A stretch of 64,000 nt of DNA from an uncultured Chthonomonadaceae bacterium (GTDB lineage Bacteria; Armatimonadota; Chthonomonadetes; Chthonomonadales; Chthonomonadaceae): positions 32,001 through 96,000 of the forward strand of contig CAWIEK010000068.1 of assembly GCA_963835065.1 (NCBI GenBank). Reading direction: 5' to 3'. A model generated the notes under the pieces. It saw only the letters and a list, made by a program, of their open reading frames with translations, had not been told where the DNA came from and made no database searches. Position 1 is the first letter of the stretch. Every line of letters starts with the position of its first letter. This document shows positions 10,177 through 17,691 of the stretch, piece by piece. Position numbers and translations under genes: made by a program.

Positions 10177-11061
10177 CTAAATTTTCGCTAACGCCTGCCG
10201 TACCAGTTCGGGAATGTCGTGCGTGGTGTCGGCGACGGGAACGCCCGCGTCCTGCAATGCCTGTACTTTGGCCTGCGGCGTGCCGCTTGTGCCGGAAATG
10301 ATCGCGCCCGCGTGTCCCATGCGCTTGCCGGGGGGAGCGGTGCGCCCGCCGATGAAACCAACAACAGGCTTGGTCATGTGCGCTTTGATGTACGCCGCGC
10401 CCTGCTCCTCGTCGCTGCCGCCGATTTCACCCACCATCACGATCACTTTGGTGTCCGGGTCAGCCTCGAACAGTGGAAGCACGTCAATAAACTTCGTGCC
10501 GATCATCGGGTCGCCGCCGATGCCCACGCCGCTGGATTGTCCCATGCCTCCCCGCGTCAGTTCGTCGGCGATCTCGTATGTCAGTGTTCCCGAACGCGAT
10601 ACTAAACCTACCGGGCCGGGCGTGAAGATCATGCCGGGAATGATGCCGATTTTGCATTTGCCGGGCGAAATCAGGCCGGGGCAGTTCGGGCCGATCAGCC
10701 GAACGCCGGGGTAGCTCCGCTTCAAAATGGCGTTTACCTTAATCATGTCTTCGGTAGGCACGTTTTCCGAAATGCAGACGACGAGGGACACTCCCGCGTC
10801 GGCGGCTTCCAAAATGGCATCGGCAGCGTTCAATTTAGCGGGCACAAAGATGCAGGAAGCATTGGCTCCCGTTTCCCGTACAGCCTCCCGCATGGTGTTG
10901 AAAACCGGCACGCCCTGCGCCGTCTGCCCGCCTTTACCGGGCGTCACCCCGCCCGTCACTGTAGTTCCGTACTCAATCATCTGCTGCGTGTGAAACCCGC
11001 CGTCGCGCCCCGTAATACCCTGCACGACAACGCGCGTCTTTTCATCTATCAGTATGCTCAT
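10177..11061 (-). CDS. sucD: Succinyl-CoA synthetase alpha subunit
   Basis: [33 protein letters not shown] and RMGHAGAI (phospho-His). Confidence 0.98.
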   Translation of the reverse strand: MSILIDEKTRVVVQGITGRDGGFHTQQMIEYGTTVTGGVTPGKGGQTAQGVPVFNTMREAVRETGANASCIFVPAKLNAADAILEAADAGVSLVVCISENVPTEDMIKVNAILKRSYPGVRLIGPNCPGLISPGKCKIGIIPGMIFTPGPVGLVSRSGTLTYEIADELTRGGMGQSSGVGIGGDPMIGTKFIDVLPLFEADPDTKVIVMVGEIGGSDEEQGAAYIKAHMTKPVVGFIGGRTAPPGKRMGHAGAIISGTSGTPQAKVQALQDAGVPVADTTHDIPELVRQALAKI

Positions 11062-11075
11062 AATCACTCCGTTCA

Positions 11076-11191
11076 AGTAGTCAGTAGTCAGTAGTCAGTA
11101 GTCAGTAGAAGAACCCGCTTCTGCAATTCGTCATTGTCGCGCAAAGAGTGAACAGACAGGCATTTCTACTGACTACTGACTACTGACTACT
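11076..11191. repeat. Inverted pair of heptamer arrays (AGTAGTC)n ... (GACTACT)n
   Basis: 28-bp perfect inverted match 11083-11110 / 11164-11191 around a unique spacer. Confidence 0.9.
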
Positions 11192-11702
11192 CCTCTTCTT
11201 CTCCTAACATCGGTTCGCCGTCCGCGTCGTAAAACGCTTCGCCTTCCGCGTAAATCAAATCGTCGCCGTGTTCGGCAAGCGTTCGCAGGGCTATATCTAA
11301 GGCCGGCCATGCGGGATGGTCCTCATCTTCAAGCATCGCAGGCAGGATTACGAATGTGTACACCATTCGGGTTTTGCGCAAATGATCGGCCACAATCAGT
11401 TTGTCGCCGGATTCGACATGGTTATTGGCAAAGCGCAAGGCCCCCGTTATGGCATGATCCGCTTCCTCGTCCGTGCCGACGACTGCGCGTTCCAGCAGCC
11501 ATACATCGTGCAGTTCCGGCTCCTTCCAGCGTACAAACGCCGTTTCCCAGAGCGGATCGTCCAACTGCGCGTCAATGGCATCCCCGGCAATCTCTATGCC
11601 GATCCCGACAGGTAGCCTCGCCCGCCGCAGCGCGTCCAGCAGGATCCGCAGCGGGACGCCCGTTTCCGCTTGCGCAAATACAAAGAGAGGTTGGTCTTGC
11701 AT
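11187..11702 (-). CDS. Hypothetical acidic protein
   Basis: 171-aa ORF co-oriented in the ROK-SRPBCC-sucD run. No family recognised. Confidence 0.75.
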   Translation of the reverse strand: MQDQPLFVFAQAETGVPLRILLDALRRARLPVGIGIEIAGDAIDAQLDDPLWETAFVRWKEPELHDVWLLERAVVGTDEEADHAITGALRFANNHVESGDKLIVADHLRKTRMVYTFVILPAMLEDEDHPAWPALDIALRTLAEHGDDLIYAEGEAFYDADGEPMLGEEEE

Positions 11703-11708
11703 GGTCGT

Positions 11709-11830
11709 AGGGATCAGGGTTCAGTGATCAGGGTCAGGGGTCAGGTTGTAAGATCGTAGCATCAAGTTGGATGCTCTTATGTCTTTTCTCTTGCGCATCT
11801 CCTGACCACTGATCCCTGATCACTGACCAC
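11709..11830. repeat. Inverted pair of degenerate heptamer arrays (TCAGGGA/TCAGTGA-type)
   Basis: GGATCAGGGTTCAGTGATCAGGGTCAGGGGTCAGG versus CCTGACCACTGATCCCTGATCACTGACC. Confidence 0.8.
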
Positions 11831-12275
11831 TATTTTCCGCCCTTTTCTTAATCGCTTCCAAAGTGGCCTGCAAATTGTCGGTCATCAGTTTTTTGACGAG
11901 CGATTTAATCATCGGACCGATCATCGGAATGTCAATGTCATAGTCTACCACGCTGTCAAAGCGCGTCTGCGCGTCTGTTTCCGTAAACTGCCAGAAGCCG
12001 GACATGCGTTTCAAGTCGCCCGTAATCATCTGAAAGTCGTCGCGATGCGTATCATCATTCCAGACATCTTCCTGCGTCCAGCGCATAGACAATTTAACGG
12101 CAGGAATAAAGCCAACCCATTCCGTGACGGTGCGGGCATTGTCCGGGCTGCGCTCCAGCACTTTCAGCGACTTCAAATCGGCCATGAATTCGGGAAACGC
12201 CTCCACATCCCGCGCCACTTCGTAGACGTGTACAATGGGCGCGTTGATGAGAATGGTTTGTTCGATGCGCGGCAT
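11820..12275 (-). CDS. SRPBCC / polyketide cyclase-dehydrase family protein
   Basis: IEQTILINAP..VYEVARDVEAFPEFM, G.W.F and C-terminal helix ATLEAIKKRAE. Confidence 0.9.
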   Translation of the reverse strand: MPRIEQTILINAPIVHVYEVARDVEAFPEFMADLKSLKVLERSPDNARTVTEWVGFIPAVKLSMRWTQEDVWNDDTHRDDFQMITGDLKRMSGFWQFTETDAQTRFDSVVDYDIDIPMIGPMIKSLVKKLMTDNLQATLEAIKKRAENSGQ

Positions 12276-12286
12276 AACTTCTCCAG

Positions 12287-12413
12287 AGGTTTCAGGTGTC
12301 AGGTGCAGGTGTCAGGGTAGAAAACACGCCCCTAATTCTTTGCTGCCTTGCATATCATCGCAAACACTGTAGAAGTGTCGTCCCTAACACCTGAAACCTG
12401 AAACCTGACCCCT
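12287..12413. repeat. Inverted pair of heptamer arrays (CAGGTGT/CAGGTTT)n
   Basis: AGGTTTCAGGTGTCAGGTGCAGGTGTCAGGG versus CCCTAACACCTGAAACCTGAAACCTGACCCCT. Confidence 0.8.
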
Positions 12414-13440
12414 ACTTATCCACTTCCCGCCACGCCAGTTCCGCCGCGCCCATAATGCCGGCGTTGTCGCCCAATTCGGCGCGGACGATTTTAGCGCCTG
12501 CCATGATGCTGCCGATGGCGCTGGCGCGGGCGGTGCGCAGGGCGGTCTGGAACAGGGTTTCCGACTGCGAGATTTTGCCGCCCAGGACGATCACTTCAGG
12601 GTTAAAGACGTTGACCATCGTGGCGATGCCCAGGCCGACGTAATGCCCGGTTTCCTGCAAAACTTCGATGGCAAGCGCGTCGCCCTTTTGCGCCGCGTCG
12701 TCAATCGCTTTGGGCGTCAAAAACTGCTGCAAGGCTTCCGTTCCGGTAATGCTTTCCCACAACAGCGTGTCACGTCCCGATTCCATTTTCAGCGCCGCGC
12801 GCTCGATGATGGCGTCGCGGCCTACGAGGGTTTCCAGGCGTCCGTGCGGGCCGTTAAGGCTGCTGCCTTTGCCGTCCGAAATGATGATGTGGCCCACTTC
12901 CGCCGCGCCGCCCGCCGAACCGCGCAGCACTTCACCCTCAATAATGATGCCGCCGCCAACGCCCGTGCCGAGCGTGAACATCACCAGATGTTTGGTTCCA
13001 CGCCCCGCGCCGAAGCGGAACTCGCCCAGCGCGGCGACATTGGCGTCGTTGTCCATCACCATCGCCACGCCCAACTCCTGCGCAACCATTTCGCGCAGGG
13101 GAACGTCTTTGTAAGGCACGTAGCCGGAAGCGTCATTGTGGCCGAAGTTGGGCGCCCATACCACTCTGCCGCTTGGCACGTCAATGTGGCCGGGCACGGC
13201 GATGCCAACCGCGCCAACTTCTTCAAGTGAAATTTTGGCGTTCTGGCACGCGCCGCGCACGGCCTCGCCAATGCGCGCAACAGTGCGCTCAACGCCGGAC
13301 TTGGCTTCTGAGGAATTTTCCGAGCGTCCCAGCGTGGTTTCCTCACGGCTGATGACGGCGGCGCGGACGTTGGTTCCGCCCAGATCAATGCCGACAACGT
13401 AGGCGGCGTCTTTTTTTGGTTGCACGGGAGCCGTATTCAC
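12412..13440 (-). CDS. ROK family sugar kinase (glucokinase-like)
   Basis: GIDLGGTN, DNDANVAALGE, TLGTGVGGG and AEVGH. The Cys-rich Zn motif is absent. Confidence 0.93.
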   Translation of the reverse strand: MNTAPVQPKKDAAYVVGIDLGGTNVRAAVISREETTLGRSENSSEAKSGVERTVARIGEAVRGACQNAKISLEEVGAVGIAVPGHIDVPSGRVVWAPNFGHNDASGYVPYKDVPLREMVAQELGVAMVMDNDANVAALGEFRFGAGRGTKHLVMFTLGTGVGGGIIIEGEVLRGSAGGAAEVGHIIISDGKGSSLNGPHGRLETLVGRDAIIERAALKMESGRDTLLWESITGTEALQQFLTPKAIDDAAQKGDALAIEVLQETGHYVGLGIATMVNVFNPEVIVLGGKISQSETLFQTALRTARASAIGSIMAGAKIVRAELGDNAGIMGAAELAWREVDK

Positions 13441-13689
13441 GGGCGCGTTCCTCCACTAAGGCTGAATTTGGTGGCTGGCAGTTGGTAATTGGTGGCAGGA
13501 AGCCAGTGCGCAGGCCGTTCCGCCGCCTGCAAGTATAGCCGAGGACGCGAGGTTTGTCAAGACTCAAAAGCAAGCCTGCGGAACGTAATTGCCTTCATTC
13601 CCGAAACATATTGTATTTTTCGTCTGTGGGCAGTATCATAGTGTCGAAAGTATCCGTTCCAAAGCATTTACTGCAAAGCGAGGACGTTC

Positions 13690-14742
13690 ATGCCGGACGA
13701 TTTTGATTATTCCAAGTTTGATTATTCCAAGCCGCGAGACGCGCGGCCTGTAGGGGAAGCGCAGCCCCTGCTGACGTATCTGCTGGTCGCGCTTTCGGTG
13801 ATGGTGACGGGCGCGTTCTTCGCGCCCGGCAGCGAACCGGGAACCTTTTTGTACCGGCTCGGCCACTTGGGATTCGGGTCGTCGCTCGACATCTGGAACG
13901 GCCACTACTATTTTCTCGTGACCGCCATTTTCAACCATCTGTCTCTAATGCACATCGTTTTCAATATGCTCTGGCTGCTGCAATTGGGCCGCGTATTGGA
14001 AATGACCCTGAAGCCCTGGCAGTACGCGCTGTTCGTTTTGGGCGCGGCGGTTGTCGGCTCATGTTCGGAAATGATGATCGGCAGCAATGGCGTCGGCATG
14101 TCGGGCGTTGTCTATGCTATGTTCGGCTTATTGTGGGCGGGGCGCGGAGCCTACCCTTCCTGGAGCGCCGTTGCCACGCGCAACAATCTGAACTATCTCA
14201 TAGGCTGGGGCGTGTTGTGCATCTTCCTCACGTACACAAATATCATGCGTATCGGCAACGGGGCGCATGCCGGCGGATTTTTGTTCGGGCTGTGCATCGG
14301 CTGGCTGTTTGTCGCGCCGCGCCGCCGCCCGATTTGGTGGCTGCCGCTTGCCGGACTGATGGTTGTTTGCGTTCTGGCGCTGACCTGGGTTCCCTGGTCG
14401 CCGGATTGGAAATGGCGGCAATACAGTCAGGCATTTGATAAAGCAAGCAAGGCGTTTGAAAAGGGCGATTACCCCCAATCCATTGCCTTGTTTGAGCAGG
14501 CATTGACGCGCGTACCCCACGAGGAAAGCGCCGAACACAATATCGCGGCTGCCTGGCACAATATGGCGGTGGCAGCGCTGAAGCGCAACGACCCAAAAGC
14601 GGCAGAAGCCGCCATGAAGCAGGAAGAACAGGCCAAAGCCCGCGCCGATGCGGATATGAAACCGGGCCAAGCCAGTGAAGATACGCCTGCATCGGACGAT
14701 TCAAACGCGCACAAACGGACAAAATCCGCCACAGAACACTAA
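13690..14742 (+). CDS. Rhomboid family intramembrane serine protease with C-terminal TPR
   Basis: H.SLMHIVFNMLWL, GMSGVVY (catalytic Ser) and AHAGG (catalytic His). TPR-like helices after residue ~245. Confidence 0.92.
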   Translation: MPDDFDYSKFDYSKPRDARPVGEAQPLLTYLLVALSVMVTGAFFAPGSEPGTFLYRLGHLGFGSSLDIWNGHYYFLVTAIFNHLSLMHIVFNMLWLLQLGRVLEMTLKPWQYALFVLGAAVVGSCSEMMIGSNGVGMSGVVYAMFGLLWAGRGAYPSWSAVATRNNLNYLIGWGVLCIFLTYTNIMRIGNGAHAGGFLFGLCIGWLFVAPRRRPIWWLPLAGLMVVCVLALTWVPWSPDWKWRQYSQAFDKASKAFEKGDYPQSIALFEQALTRVPHEESAEHNIAAAWHNMAVAALKRNDPKAAEAAMKQEEQAKARADADMKPGQASEDTPASDDSNAHKRTKSATEH

Positions 14743-14845
14743 TTTTCCTCAATGAATCTCTTTCGTAAGCCTGTTCGGTTCGGTAGGCTTTGTGTTGTTC
14801 AAGAGGATTAATGAAAACAGTTTGATAGCTGCGAAGGCAAGGCCA

Positions 14846-15781
14846 ATGCCGGAACGCGCCGTACAATCCAAAACACCGCCAACCAAAACACAACAAAAAA
14901 CGCGCGCAGCCCGCTTGTCGGTGGGCTGCAACGCGCTTTTGGTGCTGCTTAAACTCGGTATCGGGCTGTGGATCGGGTCGGTGGGCGTTTTGTCGGAAGC
15001 CATGCACTCGGCCACAGATTTGATGGCCGCAAGCATCGCGTTTTTATCCGTGCGCGCCTCAGATATTCCGCCCGACGACGATCACCCGTATGGACACGGT
15101 AAAATCGAAAGCATTTCCGGGCTTGCCGAAGCCCTCTTGATTGTTGTGGCCGCCATTCTCATCATTTATGAAGCGGCCAGTAAACTGCGCAATCCCGAAC
15201 CCGGCCTGCCGCCCCTCGGCGCGGGATTGGCCGTAATGGTCTTTTCCGCAACCGTCAACGTGTTTCTGTCCCGGCACCTGCTGCGCGTGGCGCGGCAAAC
15301 CGACTCGCTCGCTCTGGAAGCCGACGCGAAGCATTTGCGCACCGATGTTGTCACGTCCGTCGGCGTCGCAGTGGGACTATTGCTCGCGCATCTGACGGGC
15401 AGGGCGTGGTTCGATCCTCTGACCGCGCTGTTTGTGTCCCTGCTGATTTTATACACAGGCTATAAATTGGGACACGAGGCCATGCACCCCCTGCTTGACG
15501 CCCGCCTGCCCGTAGAGGAAGAGGCCGTCATACAAGAAGTTTTGGAAACGCACCCCAAAGTGCTGAGTTACCACAAGCTGCGGACGCGCAAATCCGGTTC
15601 GCAGCGCCACATAGATGTTCATGTCCTGATGGACGACAACAGCACCCTGCTGGAAGCGCATGACATCAGCGAGGAACTGGAAGACCACATACGCGCCGCC
15701 CTCGCCGACACGCATATCAACATCCACATCGAACCCTACCACGCCGAAATGCGCCATCAGCAGGAAGCGCACGGGGAGTAG
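14846..15781 (+). CDS. Cation diffusion facilitator (FieF-like)
   Basis: SEAMHSATD, PPDDDHPYGHGKIE, ADAKHLRTD and C-terminal domain HIDVH...IHIEP. Confidence 0.95.
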   Translation: MPERAVQSKTPPTKTQQKTRAARLSVGCNALLVLLKLGIGLWIGSVGVLSEAMHSATDLMAASIAFLSVRASDIPPDDDHPYGHGKIESISGLAEALLIVVAAILIIYEAASKLRNPEPGLPPLGAGLAVMVFSATVNVFLSRHLLRVARQTDSLALEADAKHLRTDVVTSVGVAVGLLLAHLTGRAWFDPLTALFVSLLILYTGYKLGHEAMHPLLDARLPVEEEAVIQEVLETHPKVLSYHKLRTRKSGSQRHIDVHVLMDDNSTLLEAHDISEELEDHIRAALADTHINIHIEPYHAEMRHQQEAHGE

Positions 15782-15880
15782 GTATCAGGTGTCAGGTGTC
15801 AGGTGCAACATTGCTGTTACACTTAATAGAGTGGGCAAATGGCATTTCCCTGAAACCTGACACCTGACACCTGATACCTA
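15779..15880. repeat. Inverted pair of heptamer arrays between convergent genes, probable bidirectional terminator
   Basis: 25-bp perfect inverted repeat TAGGTATCAGGTGTCAGGTGTCAGG (15779-15803 / 15856-15880). The outer ends are the stop codons of both genes. Confidence 0.9.
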
Positions 15881-17140
15881 GCCAACTGTCATCGTCGAAT
15901 ACACCGCGTTGAACACTTCTTTGGGCGTGGTCAGGCCCGCGAAGATTTTTTCGTAGCCGTCCTGGAGCATGGTACGCATTTTGACCGTGCCGAACGCATA
16001 GTTTTTTACTTCCTCGACGGTTGCGTGCCGCGCAATCAGTTCGCGCAGACCTGCCGTGCTGACCAGCAACTCGAACAATCCCAAGCGTCCCTTGAAGCCG
16101 GTTTGTCGGCAGTTTTCGCAGCCTTTGCCCATGTAGAACGAGCGTCCTGCCATCTGCGCGGGGTCCAGTCCGATTTCGATCAGTTCGTCGGGCGGCGGCT
16201 GAAACTGCGTTTTGCAGTTGACGCAAATGGTGCGGACAAGCCGCTGCGCCATGACCGCCTGGAGCGTGGAAGCGATCAGGTAAGGCTCCGCGCCCATGTC
16301 CATCATGCGCCCGACGGTTTCAATGGCGTTGTTGGTGTGCAGGGAGGAGAGTACAAGGTGTCCGGTCAGGCTGGCCTGTATGCCGATACCCAGCGATTCC
16401 GGGTCGCGCATTTCGCCCACGAGCATGACGTCCGGGTCCTGGCGCAGGAACGAGCGCATGACGCGGGGAAACGTCATCTTTTCCGTCACCTGCACCTGCA
16501 AAACGTGGTCGCTGAATTCGTACTCAACCGGGTCTTCGACGGTCACGATGTTGCGCTTTTCCCGATCCAGTTTGTTCAGGCTGGCGTACAGCGTGGAGGT
16601 TTTGCCGCTTCCCGTCGGGCCGGTGACAAGGATCAGGCCGTAGGAGGACTGCACGGACGTTGACCATGCCTTCAGCACATCGGGCGGCATTCCCAACTTT
16701 TCCAGTTCCACTTTTGCGCCCATCGGGTCGAGAATACGCATCACGATCTTCTCGCCGTTCAAGCCGGGCAGCACGGACATACGCGCGCTGAGTCGGCGCG
16801 GGCCGTATTCCATATCCAGACGCCCGTCCTGCGGTTCGCGCCGTTCGTCAATGTGCATCCCCGCCGCCAGTTTAAGCCGCGCCAGCACGTTGGGAACCAG
16901 GTCCGCCCGCATTTGCCCCACGTCCTGCATCACGCCGTCAATGCGGTAGCGCACCAGCAGGCGGCTGCGCTCCGGCTGCAAATGCACGTCGGACGCGCCC
17001 ACATCCAGCGCCTTGCGCAGCATGTAATCCGTTTGCGTGACGGCTTCGGTCAGTTCGCCGCCCATTTCCCGCGCCACGCCATCCTGACGCATAATCAGCT
17101 TAAACGACTGCGGCCCGGTTCGCGCCCCTACTTGTGTCAT
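15878..17140 (-). CDS. GspE/PilB family secretion ATPase with short N-terminus
   Basis: ASDVHLQP, PQDGR, GPTGSGKTSTLY, TVEDPVEY, LRQDPDVMLVGEMRD, TGHLVLSSLHTN and a tetracysteine motif. ATG 17140 after AAGGAG. Confidence 0.95.
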   Translation of the reverse strand: MTQVGARTGPQSFKLIMRQDGVAREMGGELTEAVTQTDYMLRKALDVGASDVHLQPERSRLLVRYRIDGVMQDVGQMRADLVPNVLARLKLAAGMHIDERREPQDGRLDMEYGPRRLSARMSVLPGLNGEKIVMRILDPMGAKVELEKLGMPPDVLKAWSTSVQSSYGLILVTGPTGSGKTSTLYASLNKLDREKRNIVTVEDPVEYEFSDHVLQVQVTEKMTFPRVMRSFLRQDPDVMLVGEMRDPESLGIGIQASLTGHLVLSSLHTNNAIETVGRMMDMGAEPYLIASTLQAVMAQRLVRTICVNCKTQFQPPPDELIEIGLDPAQMAGRSFYMGKGCENCRQTGFKGRLGLFELLVSTAGLRELIARHATVEEVKNYAFGTVKMRTMLQDGYEKIFAGLTTPKEVFNAVYSTMTVG

Positions 17141-17154
17141 TGGTGTTGCTCCTT

Positions 17155-17654
17155 TGTCGGATTGGGAGCAGGAGCCTTGCTGAGTTAGCCCCGTATCTTC
17201 GTCGCGCCGTTCAATCCGCTTACGCTGAACCTGGCAATGACCGCGCTCGCTTTGATTGGCCTGATAACGGCGCATGATCTGCCGACGGCGCGCATGTGCC
17301 TGCGTCGGCGGCAGGAGAAACGCGCATGACGGCTGCCGGTTCAACCGATGCTGCAACCGCAACATTTACCTCTATTTATCAGCAGGCAATGGGAGCGGAT
17401 TTTTGCCGCCTGCATCGGAAAATTCAGCAGCGTTTCGGCTTCAGCAGCAGGGATGAAACCGCTGCTGTGGGAACAGGGACGATGGAGCGCGTCTGGCATG
17501 GGCGTTTGTACACGCTGCCGTTTTTATGTGTGGGTACCTGGCGGCGCATCATGTTCCCCGAACACGGAGTAAACATTCCCTTTACCATCCAAAACTATGC
17601 GTATCTGATAGTTACGGACGCGAAACGGTGACATGGGTACGCGCGTTCCAGACT
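17155..17654 (+). pseudogene. 500-bp captured fragment: 3' end of a DoxX-like (YndG-type) gene plus 5' part of a DUF4166 (YndH-type) gene
   Basis: Frame ...S*PRIFVAPFNPLTLNLAM...DLPTARMCLRRRQEKRA* overlaps (ATGA) with MTAAG...SIYQQAMGADFCRLHRKIQQRF...MFPEHGVNIPFTIQNYAY. Flanked by the 16-bp direct repeat ATTGGTGTTGCTCCTT (17139-17154, 17655-17670). Confidence 0.75.
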
Positions 17655-17691
17655 ATTGGTGTTGCTCCTTAGAAAGTGGTTGGTAATTACA

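Noticed and set aside
10177..11061. sucD without adjacent sucC as a novelty
   Set aside because: Split sucC/sucD arrangements are not rare, and sucC may lie elsewhere in the genome.
11076..12413. CRISPR array or DGR suggested by repeats with unique spacers
   Set aside because: Repeats are inverted heptamer arms that differ per locus, not identical direct repeats. No cas genes, reverse transcriptase or adenine-specific TR/VR pair were seen.
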